A stretch of DNA of 64,000 nucleotides, from the IMG/VR virus record IMGVR_UViG_3300032163_000001, positions 110,249 to 174,248 of that record; one strand, 5' to 3'. Below are positions 55,289 through 63,990 of this stretch, in pieces. How positions within the stretch are numbered: position 1 is the stretch's first letter; each line of letters starts with the position of its first letter. The notes under the pieces were generated by a model. The model was given only the letters and a program-made list of their open reading frames with translations, ran no database searches and was not told the origin of the DNA. The translations under genes were made by a program, and so were the position numbers. This DNA comes from a virus.

Positions 55289-55298
55289 AAATCTCCTT

Positions 55299-56687
55299 TC
55301 ATATTTTTAAACCAGGGGTAAAAAGTAAAGTTTCACCCGTCAAATCAGTAAATTCATCTTTAGATAGAAACTTTTTTATTATATAATAGCAAAATTCTTC
55401 ATCTAAATTAGTTAACATTTCAATAGACTTTAAGATACTATTAGATTTTGATGTTTGTTTCTTAGTTACTTTTCCGTCATTCATATCAGAAACGATACTA
55501 GATGCTTTTCTATTAAATTCTTCAAGATTTCCACTTTCGTAAATTGCATATATACTAAGCGCTTGTTCCCTAAGAAAATCTTGTATCTTAGAATACATAT
55601 AGAGGGTTTGTAACATTGAATATATTTTCACTCTTTCAAAGAAAGTTCCAGTTTCTTCAGAATATACTTGTTCCATTTTAATATCTTTAAAGCCAAATTT
55701 ACAAAGTTCTTGTAGTGATTCTCTATATACATCTATCACTTTCTTTTCTCCCCAGTATCTCATTTCTAGAGAAGAAGATCTTATATTTAATCTTTTTACT
55801 TTACCATCTTCTAAAATTGGCAGAAGTCTCCCTATCATTAATCCTTTAAAAACCCCTGAAGAATCATACGTTATTTCTAGATCTATTTCGTGAACTTTTT
55901 GGACGTGTAATTTAAACAGTTCATAGAAAAAAATATCTCTAAAACCAGCTCCACCAAGAATATGAAAATATAGTTTCTTTCTATCAAACTTTTTAGCTCT
56001 ATTTATAAGAGGAATTAGAGGTAGAACATAAATGATACATGGAATACCAGTGTCTGATGCCATATTAGCTACAATGCCACCAGTAGCATGATACTTAAAT
56101 TTATTAAATAAATCATTCTCATCTAAGATTTTAGTATAAATTTCCCACAACTTGGGTGTTCTAAAATGGTGAATATAAATTATTTTTTCTCTAGCATCAT
56201 CTGGTAAATTAGATGCTTCAATATACGACTTTTCATTCATCTTATAAACATCATCAAAAGATTCAAAAATCTTGCATCCTGGTCCTGGAGGGATATCTAA
56301 GATAAAAGCTCGATCATAAACATCTTTATGAACTTGTACAAATTCATAATAAATTTTATGTAGAAGCTCAATTTCTCTTTTATCTAACAAACCAATTGAT
56401 GCTTGGAAACCTCCTGAGTCTGTCATAAAAATACAGTTATCAAGAAATCCATAACCCCTACACTTTTTAAAAAGAGCAGCTTCTTGTTCGGCATATTTTG
56501 AATGATTTTTTCTCCCTCCAAAACCACTTCCAAATGAATGTAAAAACTTATCACATGTTGAAAGAAAGAAATCATTCAAAGTTTTTTTAGTGAAATTATT
56601 ATCAAACTCCTTACTCTTAGTAATAAAGGAATCCATAAAGTCAGCTAAGGTTTCAAACCCTGCACATGTAAAGCCACAATTAGTCAC
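55299..56687 (-). CDS. dpdA: tRNA-guanine transglycosylase-family protein, DpdA-like DNA 7-deazaguanine transglycosylase
   Basis: IFMTDSGGFQASI matches the TGT catalytic ILTDSGGFQVFSL motif. ATGGIVANM resembles YAVGGLAVGE. 462 aa. Adjacent to queE. Confidence 0.65.
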   Translation of the reverse strand: MTNCGFTCAGFETLADFMDSFITKSKEFDNNFTKKTLNDFFLSTCDKFLHSFGSGFGGRKNHSKYAEQEAALFKKCRGYGFLDNCIFMTDSGGFQASIGLLDKREIELLHKIYYEFVQVHKDVYDRAFILDIPPGPGCKIFESFDDVYKMNEKSYIEASNLPDDAREKIIYIHHFRTPKLWEIYTKILDENDLFNKFKYHATGGIVANMASDTGIPCIIYVLPLIPLINRAKKFDRKKLYFHILGGAGFRDIFFYELFKLHVQKVHEIDLEITYDSSGVFKGLMIGRLLPILEDGKVKRLNIRSSSLEMRYWGEKKVIDVYRESLQELCKFGFKDIKMEQVYSEETGTFFERVKIYSMLQTLYMYSKIQDFLREQALSIYAIYESGNLEEFNRKASSIVSDMNDGKVTKKQTSKSNSILKSIEMLTNLDEEFCYYIIKKFLSKDEFTDLTGETLLFTPGLKI

Positions 56688-56969
56688 TTAATTTCCTCCT
56701 ACCATCTTTCCATAGATTTCACCTTCTTTTAAAACCTTTAAAATTTTCTTACCATTCATAACAGCTTGCCCACCATACTTCGCAAAAATGACTATATCCC
56801 CAGGTTTCAATATAGATACAACTTTTGGACCAACAGAAAGCACGTATCCATAGCATTGTGGTCTACTACTAACAGTTTCTGGGATGACTATACCACCCTC
56901 GCTAATTTCTTCTACTTCTTCTAGTACATCAACAACAACATGATCATTTAAAGCTTCGATTGTCTTCAT
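56688..56969 (-). CDS. groES: Co-chaperonin GroES (Cpn10) homologue
   Basis: EEISEGGIVIPETVSSRPQCYGYVLSVG and LKPGDIVIFAKYGG align with E. coli GroES [27 protein letters not shown] and VKVGDIVIFNDGYG. 93 aa. Confidence 0.75.
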   Translation of the reverse strand: MKTIEALNDHVVVDVLEEVEEISEGGIVIPETVSSRPQCYGYVLSVGPKVVSILKPGDIVIFAKYGGQAVMNGKKILKVLKEGEIYGKMVGGN

Positions 56970-56978
56970 CTTTTCCTC

Positions 56979-57653
56979 CTATGTGAAATTATAGACAATA
57001 TGCATTCTATCCGAAATGCAAAAGTTATACTTTTCTGCCATGTCTAAAACAACTTCAGAATTACCAATTAGTTCATCTCTAGTCTTTCCTTGTGGCATAA
57101 GATAAACTCTAAGGTTTGGAAAATTTAGCACCTTCAAGAAATCTAAATATTCATAAATCAACTCTTTATCTTCACATACTAATTTAATATAAACTCGTTC
57201 ATCATTCATTATTTCTTTACTTAGTTTCATATAGAAACCAAGATCTTCGTTTGTAAATATTTTAGGAGACAATATAAATCGAACCTTTTTCACTGGATCT
57301 ACTTTCTTAATTAAACCAACTAAATTACAACCATTAGTCTCTACATTATAAATTGGAGCATTTACACCATTTATTAAAGATATTGTCTGATTTAAATTTA
57401 AGTTAAAAGTTGGTTCTCCACCTGTAATCAATAACCCACAATTATGTTCATCTACAATATTCTGGATATCTCTTAGAGCATAATCTGCTTCATTAGAAAT
57501 CCTCATCTTAACTAAAGTATCACAAAATGGACATGGTGTTCCTGCAGATACTCTTGAGCACCTCTTAAATCTAAGAATTATCATTGGTTGTCCTACATCT
57601 TTTCCTTCTCCTTGAAAACTTAGAAAATTTTCTATAAGTCTAACCTTTGACAT
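56979..57653 (-). CDS. queE: 7-carboxy-7-deazaguanine synthase (QueE, radical SAM)
   Basis: N-terminal ENFLSFQGEGKDVGQPMIILRFKRC matches QueE EMFQTLQGEGYFTGVPAIFIRLQGC. Cys cluster C-x8-C-x2-C then CDT. Confidence 0.7.
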   Translation of the reverse strand: MSKVRLIENFLSFQGEGKDVGQPMIILRFKRCSRVSAGTPCPFCDTLVKMRISNEADYALRDIQNIVDEHNCGLLITGGEPTFNLNLNQTISLINGVNAPIYNVETNGCNLVGLIKKVDPVKKVRFILSPKIFTNEDLGFYMKLSKEIMNDERVYIKLVCEDKELIYEYLDFLKVLNFPNLRVYLMPQGKTRDELIGNSEVVLDMAEKYNFCISDRMHIVYNFT

Positions 57654-57666
57654 AATTTCTCCTTTC

Positions 57667-60600
57667 TCAAAACTTTAAGATGTTTTCATTTCTTCCTATT
57701 AACGGTTCTAGCATCAGTTTATATCTGTCAACCCATGAAAACTTAATCATTTCTTTTATATCTATATTGTAATAATTTGGTAGAGAAAGTTCTTCATCCG
57801 GTAAACATATAACATCTAACTTCTTATTTTTAGATAAAAATTCTTTACTGTATCGTTCTAAAACTTCTTTAGGAGCTATTTGATCATTTATTCCATTTAT
57901 CTTAAATAAATATCCTTTCGAACCATGAGCAAATATTTGATATTCTAAAACATTCCAGTTCAAAAAACCAATTACGTTTTGCGGAATCCTTTTATAATCA
58001 TCTAAATCTTTAGTAAAAGATGCTGGTCTAGCTACACTTTTTTCTCCTCCAGTAACTCTCTGAAAAAATTCTGTTTCTTTTGAATCAATAAATTTTTTAG
58101 TTGCAAACATAGAAAACTTTTCCGACTTCAAAATTAAATCTAAAAGTTCTTTTAGACATTCTTTTGTATAACTTGGATAATCGGATCTTTTAGTATCTAA
58201 ACCCATACTTTTAATTTCATCTGTTTCTGTCCCTTCTTCAGAGATAATGTATATAGAATAATGTTTTTTACTTAAAAATAATCCTCTCTTAATAACTAGT
58301 TCATTCTTTAAATCTAATCTATTATATTGTAAACTAACATTATGCTTTTCAACAAGTTTCTCTACAACATCTTTATTTAAATAAGATCGAATTTGATCAC
58401 ATAAAACTTTTACTTCTGCAACTTTCTCATTTTCATTCTTTCCTTTAATTAAAGAATCTAGACTTAAAAATACAGAATCAGTATCACCAGTAATAACATG
58501 TTCAATCTTTCTATCTAATTCTCCAAACATTTCTTTTTTATTTAATCTAGTTTGTTCAATGTCTTTTTTGACTCTTAGAGATTCAACAAATACGTCAGAA
58601 GAAACAATAGTTGATTTTAAAAATTCTTGACCACTTAAAGTAATACTTATTGCGCAATCTATATTATAAAATCTATAAGCTGCATTACCAAGAACTCCAT
58701 ACATAGCATTCGCTAAAACTTTAAAAACTAACTGTCTAACTTCATACAATTCTTCTTCAGATTTATTCTTTGCTTGTTTTGCTTCGAACATTTTCTTCTT
58801 AACTACTTTTCTAGATTGTAAAATATATTCTAATATTTCACTATAAAATGATAATTCGGTTCTATGAGGTTTAAAGAAACATCCATTTATTGTATATGTT
58901 AAATTAGATTCTATAATTTTCTCTATCAATTGTTCTCTAGTAATTTCCATTTCTTGAAGAGTTAAGTCAGGATCTAATATAACAGAAAGTTTCTCTGGTA
59001 ATTTTTCTGGTTGATAAATAAGATCATACCCAAGTGTATGGTCCTTAAGCTTCATAACAATTGTATTAAAACCAACATTAAATGTTTGAATTATACTAGG
59101 ATATAGTGATGTAAAATCAAAATCAACTATCCATTCATGTAAACCAACCTTAGGTTCTTTTACATAAGCTCCTGCAAAAGCTTCATCTTTTAACTGAACA
59201 TTTGCATTTCTAGAAGCATACCCTTTGGATTTTAACCAAGAAGATACTAAAGAATCTAATTGACCCATTGCATTTAGCGCTGATTGAAACGTACACTTAC
59301 ATATCTTTTTTAACTCACTAGCTAAAGAAATATGTTTAACTTTATCTTCTAATTTAACTGTTAGTAAAACGTCTCTTCTATTGTATTCAATCGCTTTATT
59401 TACATCATCTCTAAACATCTGGGAGAAGTTTGATCCACTATCTAATTTACTTTCTTTTAGTTCTATCTGTGCTATCGTTCCAAGTCTATAGTTTTCTTTC
59501 TTTGTAGGTGTAAAAGTCCTGTATAAAGTTAACTGGTCAAGAATTATAAAACCATAAATATCTGCGTAACCCTTATCTCCATCAATATTTACTTCTCCAA
59601 GTTTAGATAGAAGATCTTTGTTTATACCTAATTTTTCACATCGATTAGTTAAATATGGAATATCAAACCATGAAAGATTCCAACCAGTTATAACGTCTGG
59701 ATCTATTACTTTAATATCCTTTATGAATGTAGTGAGCAAATCTTTTTCACTTTTAAACACAAGAATTTCATCTGATGCTTTTATAGCTTGAAGAGAAGTA
59801 TCTTTTAAAAGAATTCTATTATCCATAACATACGTTACAATTTTATCTTTATAACCATAACTAATCATACAAACTGGATCTTTTGCTTCAGCAATATTAG
59901 GGAACTCTTTCTTAATACTATACACTTCTATATCTAAAAACATTATATTAAGATCCAAATTCTCTTCTTCTGGTTTTTGGATATAATAGTCATTAGAATG
60001 TTTAGTTACTAATTTGAAATCTCCATCATAAGTAACTTCATGGTCAAGTCCATACTTTTCTCTGTATAAAACTTTCATCTGAAATAGTTCATCATACTTC
60101 ATTACTTTTTTAGCTAAAACACCATCAGGTACTTTATAACAATAATAATCATCATTCTCCCTATGAAAAACTTTCTTACTATCTTTATCTTTAAAGATAT
60201 AAAGAACTTGGTTACTTCTATGTAAATATTGAATATCTAAAAGTTTGTAGTCTTTAGTGTAAAACTTATCTTCTATTTTATAAAAATGAATTCCCTTCTT
60301 TTCTAACTTTTCTACTTTCATAGAAGAAGATACAATTCCAGGAATACCCAAATATGCAGATACATATCTCATATCTTGATCAAACTTTTCTTCAAAACTT
60401 CTATTCCTAGAAACATATGAAGGATGGACCGTAAAAAATACGTCATGTTCTTTCCATCGAAACATCTTTCCTCTGAAGCTTGTTATATGAGCATCTTTAT
60501 CAAAAATCTCAAATGCTTTTCCTGCAGTCCCTCCCATTAGAACAATTAGCTTGGCATTACTACACTGTTCTATGATCTTAAAGCAATTTTCTTTACAAAG

Positions 60601-60909
60601 ATCTATAGTTCGATCACTTGGATTTATAGTTGTTTTTCTTTCTTTATCTAATGTCTGACAAAGAACTACGTTCGTCAAAAGATACTTAACACTGTTAAGT
60701 TTATACATACTAAAATATTTTCGAAATAATTGTCCAGTTTTTCCTATAAGTGGAACTTCTTTTTCAACCTCATCTTTCCCTGGATTCTCTGCAACAAAAA
60801 TTACTTTTATTTGATCAAAAGATTCTGCATTTGTTTCAAGTATACAAGACTTCTCTCCAAATAATTCACATGAAGAACAATCAGCAAAACTATTTTTAAT
60901 ACTAAACAT
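57667..60909 (-). CDS. Family B DNA polymerase with N-terminal family-4 uracil-DNA-glycosylase-like domain
   Basis: ITGDTDSVF (Pol C motif YGDTDS). DIEVYS exo I. N-terminal roughly 170 aa carry CSSCELFGEKSC, AENPGKDE (UDG4 GE.PG..ED) and VHPSYV (HPS). Confidence 0.8.
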   Translation of the reverse strand: MFSIKNSFADCSSCELFGEKSCILETNAESFDQIKVIFVAENPGKDEVEKEVPLIGKTGQLFRKYFSMYKLNSVKYLLTNVVLCQTLDKERKTTINPSDRTIDLCKENCFKIIEQCSNAKLIVLMGGTAGKAFEIFDKDAHITSFRGKMFRWKEHDVFFTVHPSYVSRNRSFEEKFDQDMRYVSAYLGIPGIVSSSMKVEKLEKKGIHFYKIEDKFYTKDYKLLDIQYLHRSNQVLYIFKDKDSKKVFHRENDDYYCYKVPDGVLAKKVMKYDELFQMKVLYREKYGLDHEVTYDGDFKLVTKHSNDYYIQKPEEENLDLNIMFLDIEVYSIKKEFPNIAEAKDPVCMISYGYKDKIVTYVMDNRILLKDTSLQAIKASDEILVFKSEKDLLTTFIKDIKVIDPDVITGWNLSWFDIPYLTNRCEKLGINKDLLSKLGEVNIDGDKGYADIYGFIILDQLTLYRTFTPTKKENYRLGTIAQIELKESKLDSGSNFSQMFRDDVNKAIEYNRRDVLLTVKLEDKVKHISLASELKKICKCTFQSALNAMGQLDSLVSSWLKSKGYASRNANVQLKDEAFAGAYVKEPKVGLHEWIVDFDFTSLYPSIIQTFNVGFNTIVMKLKDHTLGYDLIYQPEKLPEKLSVILDPDLTLQEMEITREQLIEKIIESNLTYTINGCFFKPHRTELSFYSEILEYILQSRKVVKKKMFEAKQAKNKSEEELYEVRQLVFKVLANAMYGVLGNAAYRFYNIDCAISITLSGQEFLKSTIVSSDVFVESLRVKKDIEQTRLNKKEMFGELDRKIEHVITGDTDSVFLSLDSLIKGKNENEKVAEVKVLCDQIRSYLNKDVVEKLVEKHNVSLQYNRLDLKNELVIKRGLFLSKKHYSIYIISEEGTETDEIKSMGLDTKRSDYPSYTKECLKELLDLILKSEKFSMFATKKFIDSKETEFFQRVTGGEKSVARPASFTKDLDDYKRIPQNVIGFLNWNVLEYQIFAHGSKGYLFKINGINDQIAPKEVLERYSKEFLSKNKKLDVICLPDEELSLPNYYNIDIKEMIKFSWVDRYKLMLEPLIGRNENILKF

Positions 60910-60912
60910 TAT

Positions 60913-61440
60913 TTATCCCCTAATAATTGAGAAATGTTCAGATATGAAACTTTTGATTTTTATTTGAATTCCTTCTTCTTTCTTCTTCTTTAAGTTCTTA
61001 ATTGCCTTAGCTTTTTCTGGTTTCAAAAGTCCAAGAGAGTCATAGATAGATTTTTTAGAATCTTCATCTTCTCTATCTATAATACTAGACAACAAATTTA
61101 TATCACAACCTTTTAATGTAGGAAATTTCTTCCTCAAAGCTTGAAATAAATCACTATTTTTTTTCGAACTAAAAAATGACAAATTATTTCTTCTAACTCT
61201 AAAGTCTATAATACACTTTTTGATAAACTTAAATAGATCTTCTTTCTCTAGATAAAACACTCCAACATTATTAAAATACTTATCTAAATAATGGTTAAGT
61301 TGTCCATACAACAAAAACATTGAAATAATTCTATTATTACTTATTGGAGAATTGTACTTTAAGAAAACTTCTTTTTGTGGAATTTCTGAAGTTCTACTCC
61401 CGTCAAACAACCATTGGTTAAAGACTTCGTATTCATTCAT
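60913..61440 (-). CDS. Hypothetical protein
   Basis: 175 aa. Confidence 0.4.
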   Translation of the reverse strand: MNEYEVFNQWLFDGSRTSEIPQKEVFLKYNSPISNNRIISMFLLYGQLNHYLDKYFNNVGVFYLEKEDLFKFIKKCIIDFRVRRNNLSFFSSKKNSDLFQALRKKFPTLKGCDINLLSSIIDREDEDSKKSIYDSLGLLKPEKAKAIKNLKKKKEEGIQIKIKSFISEHFSIIRG

Positions 61441-62374
61441 TACTCTCTTCTTTCATAATCCTTATTATATTGTTATAGAAATTATTAATAAGATCCTGAT
61501 TTAATAAGTTAGGAACTGTATCAAGAAAATCAATCCTTAATTCTGATCCTGCAGGGTATAAAAAAGGTTTTGGTAGTAACTCAGGATATGAGAACTTATC
61601 TGGAGCAATAACAGATGTGTTATTCATAACTGCTTCTAGAGCTTGATATCCAAATGTATCTTCATTAGTAGTGATTAATAAAACTTTTCCTTGCGATAGA
61701 AATTTATAATATTCTTTCCATGTTGAACATTCTTTTCTTACTATTTTAGTTTTCAAACTCTTCTCAATAAAACGTTCTAACCTTTTATTGACTTTCTGCC
61801 TACACGGTCTAGAAACCGAAATTATATCATATATCTTCTTTTCTTTAAACGTTTTAAAAGGGGGTTTTGGAAGACCTACAACTTCAGTATTTTTCCATCC
61901 TAGTTTTTCTTGGTGATATTTAGTTGCTACAAACACTTTTTTAAACAATTTTGAATGTCCAGTTTCTACTAACCATTTACTTTTTCTAACTGGAGCAAAA
62001 TAATCAAACGCATTTTTAGATGTTGCGTGACAGAACGCAAAACAATTTTTCATTGGTTTATGATACAAGACATTCGAAAACAAACCAGGAAAAGAAATAT
62101 CAGCTAAAAAGAGAATATCATCATTTTCTAATCTTATATTTAGAAACTGGTGAATTTGTTGATATTCAAAAGAAATAGATTGTTCAACTGGAGAAAATAA
62201 CCTTTTATCCCTATTATCTTCATAATCAGTAAGAGACTCTCCTAAAACAACAACTTCATCAAAATGTTTTATAAACTCTTTAAAAAATTCTCTATGCCAC
62301 CATTCTTGATATCTCATTTTAGCTGGAAACTGAGGAACAAAAATTATTCTGGACATATGATAAAGTTTCTCCAT
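61433..62374 (-). CDS. GT-B fold glycosyltransferase (GT4-like C-terminal E.FG...LEA motif)
   Basis: NEDTFGYQALEAVMNNTSVIAP. 313 aa. Confidence 0.55.
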   Translation of the reverse strand: MEKLYHMSRIIFVPQFPAKMRYQEWWHREFFKEFIKHFDEVVVLGESLTDYEDNRDKRLFSPVEQSISFEYQQIHQFLNIRLENDDILFLADISFPGLFSNVLYHKPMKNCFAFCHATSKNAFDYFAPVRKSKWLVETGHSKLFKKVFVATKYHQEKLGWKNTEVVGLPKPPFKTFKEKKIYDIISVSRPCRQKVNKRLERFIEKSLKTKIVRKECSTWKEYYKFLSQGKVLLITTNEDTFGYQALEAVMNNTSVIAPDKFSYPELLPKPFLYPAGSELRIDFLDTVPNLLNQDLINNFYNNIIRIMKEESNE

Positions 62375-62580
62375 TCTTCAGGAATACAATTACTTTTGAA
62401 TTCATTTGTAACAAACCAGTAGTTCTCTTTTTCGTTTAATGTTAGTTCAGTTAGTCCTTTAAATGTTTTAATTAATATTTTGTTACCAATTTCTTTAATT
62501 ACATCTAATTCAATATTGACTGGTCTAGTAAGCCAAGTTTCTACTTTCAACACTTTCTTTGAAGTTTTTAAGGATATCAT
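62344..62580 (-). CDS. Hypothetical small protein
   Basis: 78 aa. Confidence 0.35.
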   Translation of the reverse strand: MISLKTSKKVLKVETWLTRPVNIELDVIKEIGNKILIKTFKGLTELTLNEKENYWFVTNEFKSNCIPEEWRNFIICPE

Positions 62581-62597
62581 TGATCCTCCTTAATATC

Positions 62598-63095
62598 TTA
62601 TTTTACTAGCCACTTACACCGCCCTTCAAATAAGTAATATTTACCATCATTCGTCCACAAATCTTTTTGAGATGGATACACTTCATCTAACACTTCTTTC
62701 TTCTTCATCCAATGTTCAACTTCAAAACAATATGGTGCTTGCATATTTATTGAATAGAAAATAACATCAAGACCTGAACGAAGCATGCTTTCTCCTATTG
62801 CACCCCATCTTCTGTGTTGGTAATGACCAGCTTCAGTAGGGTCTGGAAAATAGAGAGTAGTTTTAGGGTTTATGAAAACTGGTGGGATTGAAGCTGTAAA
62901 GTACTGAGAAGTTACATTGTTAAACTTAGACTTAAGAGAAAGAGCTTCTTCTCTTCTAATTATATCAATATTAGTATCTGTATAAACTATACAAATACTT
63001 CTAGACTCATTTGATATGACTGAGAAACAACCAATTAGTTCATCATCAGCGTGGGGAGCCACAATCACAATTCTGTTATTTTCTTCTTTCACCAT
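62598..63095 (-). CDS. PIG-L/LmbE-family N-acetylglucosaminyl deacetylase
   Basis: IVIVAPHADDELIGCFSVI matches the PIG-L AHPDDE..G motif. 165 aa. Confidence 0.6.
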   Translation of the reverse strand: MVKEENNRIVIVAPHADDELIGCFSVISNESRSICIVYTDTNIDIIRREEALSLKSKFNNVTSQYFTASIPPVFINPKTTLYFPDPTEAGHYQHRRWGAIGESMLRSGLDVIFYSINMQAPYCFEVEHWMKKKEVLDEVYPSQKDLWTNDGKYYLFEGRCKWLVK

Positions 63096-63147
63096 TAATC
63101 TCCTTCCTTTATTTTATTCTAAAATTTTCAGTAACTATCGCACTAAC

Positions 63148-63180
63148 CATATATATTAATTACTGAGGAGGCAAACAATC
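63148..63180 (+). promoter_or_regulatory. Conserved bipartite motif copy 5: ACATATATATTAATT-N4-GAGGAGGCAAAC (divergent region)
   Basis: See copy 1. Confidence 0.45.
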
Positions 63181-63205
63181 TTTTTTGTTAAAGGAGGTGT
63201 TTCAG

Positions 63206-63484
63206 ATGAGAGCTTTTGTACTTCCAGATTCTAAATTAAGACAGGATGGAGATTGGAAATTTGTGCCAATCGGAAAGGGCAAAGCACTGGAAATATTGTC
63301 ACATGGTTTTGCATCTATAGTCCAAGATCCAGAAATATCTGACTTAATAGAAGATTATCTGGGAATTACTTTACCTTCTCCAAAAGATAATATATTTATG
63401 AAGAAAGGTGATAAGGCTATAGTAGTTGGAAAAAGTAAACCAAAACCCCAACTCCAATGCTTTCTCCTGACCAAAGAGAACTGA
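63206..63484 (+). CDS. Hypothetical protein (start set to ATG 63206 after AAAGGAGG)
   Basis: 92 aa. Confidence 0.4.
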   Translation: MRAFVLPDSKLRQDGDWKFVPIGKGKALEILSHGFASIVQDPEISDLIEDYLGITLPSPKDNIFMKKGDKAIVVGKSKPKPQLQCFLLTKEN

Positions 63485-63488
63485 AAAA

Positions 63489-63550
63489 AGAGTATAGTTG
63501 TATCCACATATTTTTTTAGTAAGGATACAACTATACTCTCTAAATTTTTT
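63489..63550. terminator. Bidirectional terminator: perfect 17-bp stem AGAGTATAGTTGTATCC / GGATACAACTATACTCT flanked by A6 and T8
   Basis: Read directly. Lies between convergent genes. Confidence 0.7.
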
Positions 63551-63570
63551 TGTGTCAATTCCTATCTTTT

Positions 63571-63990
63571 TTATATATGGGGTAAAGTCTGTATAATAGC
63601 ATATAATTCAAGTTTACAACTTAAGTGGGTCATAAAATCTCCCCATAAACTAGATATAAAAGTTTTATCTGTATACCATAAAACAGCAACTCCCTCAACA
63701 CAGCCTTTTTTTACAATATCATAATGAGTTACTATTCCATCACTAATCATACCAGTTACATTTCTTAGAGACTGAATATCATTTGTAAACATTTTCATAT
63801 TTTTACATTCTTCAGTAATAGTTAAGACAAGAGAATCTAAATCACTTAAAGACTGATCACATATTATTCCTACATACATAGGCCAACCTTCAAGTATATA
63901 CTTTCTAACTATAAGAGGAGAATAATTCTTATCTAATAACCTAGTTGATACACCTTCATCATTTCTTCCCAGCGAATGTGCAGGATTCAT
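63571..63990 (-). CDS. Hypothetical protein
   Basis: 139-aa ORF. No motif recognised. Confidence 0.4.
   Translation of the reverse strand: MNPAHSLGRNDEGVSTRLLDKNYSPLIVRKYILEGWPMYVGIICDQSLSDLDSLVLTITEECKNMKMFTNDIQSLRNVTGMISDGIVTHYDIVKKGCVEGVAVLWYTDKTFISSLWGDFMTHLSCKLELYAIIQTLPHI

Noticed and set aside
56688-56969. QueD (6-carboxy-tetrahydropterin synthase) as identity of the small gene between dpdA and queE
   Set aside because: It lacks the QueD C-x-x-x-H-G-H motif. The sequence aligns along its length with GroES (mobile loop GGIV…, roof and C-terminal IVIF block).
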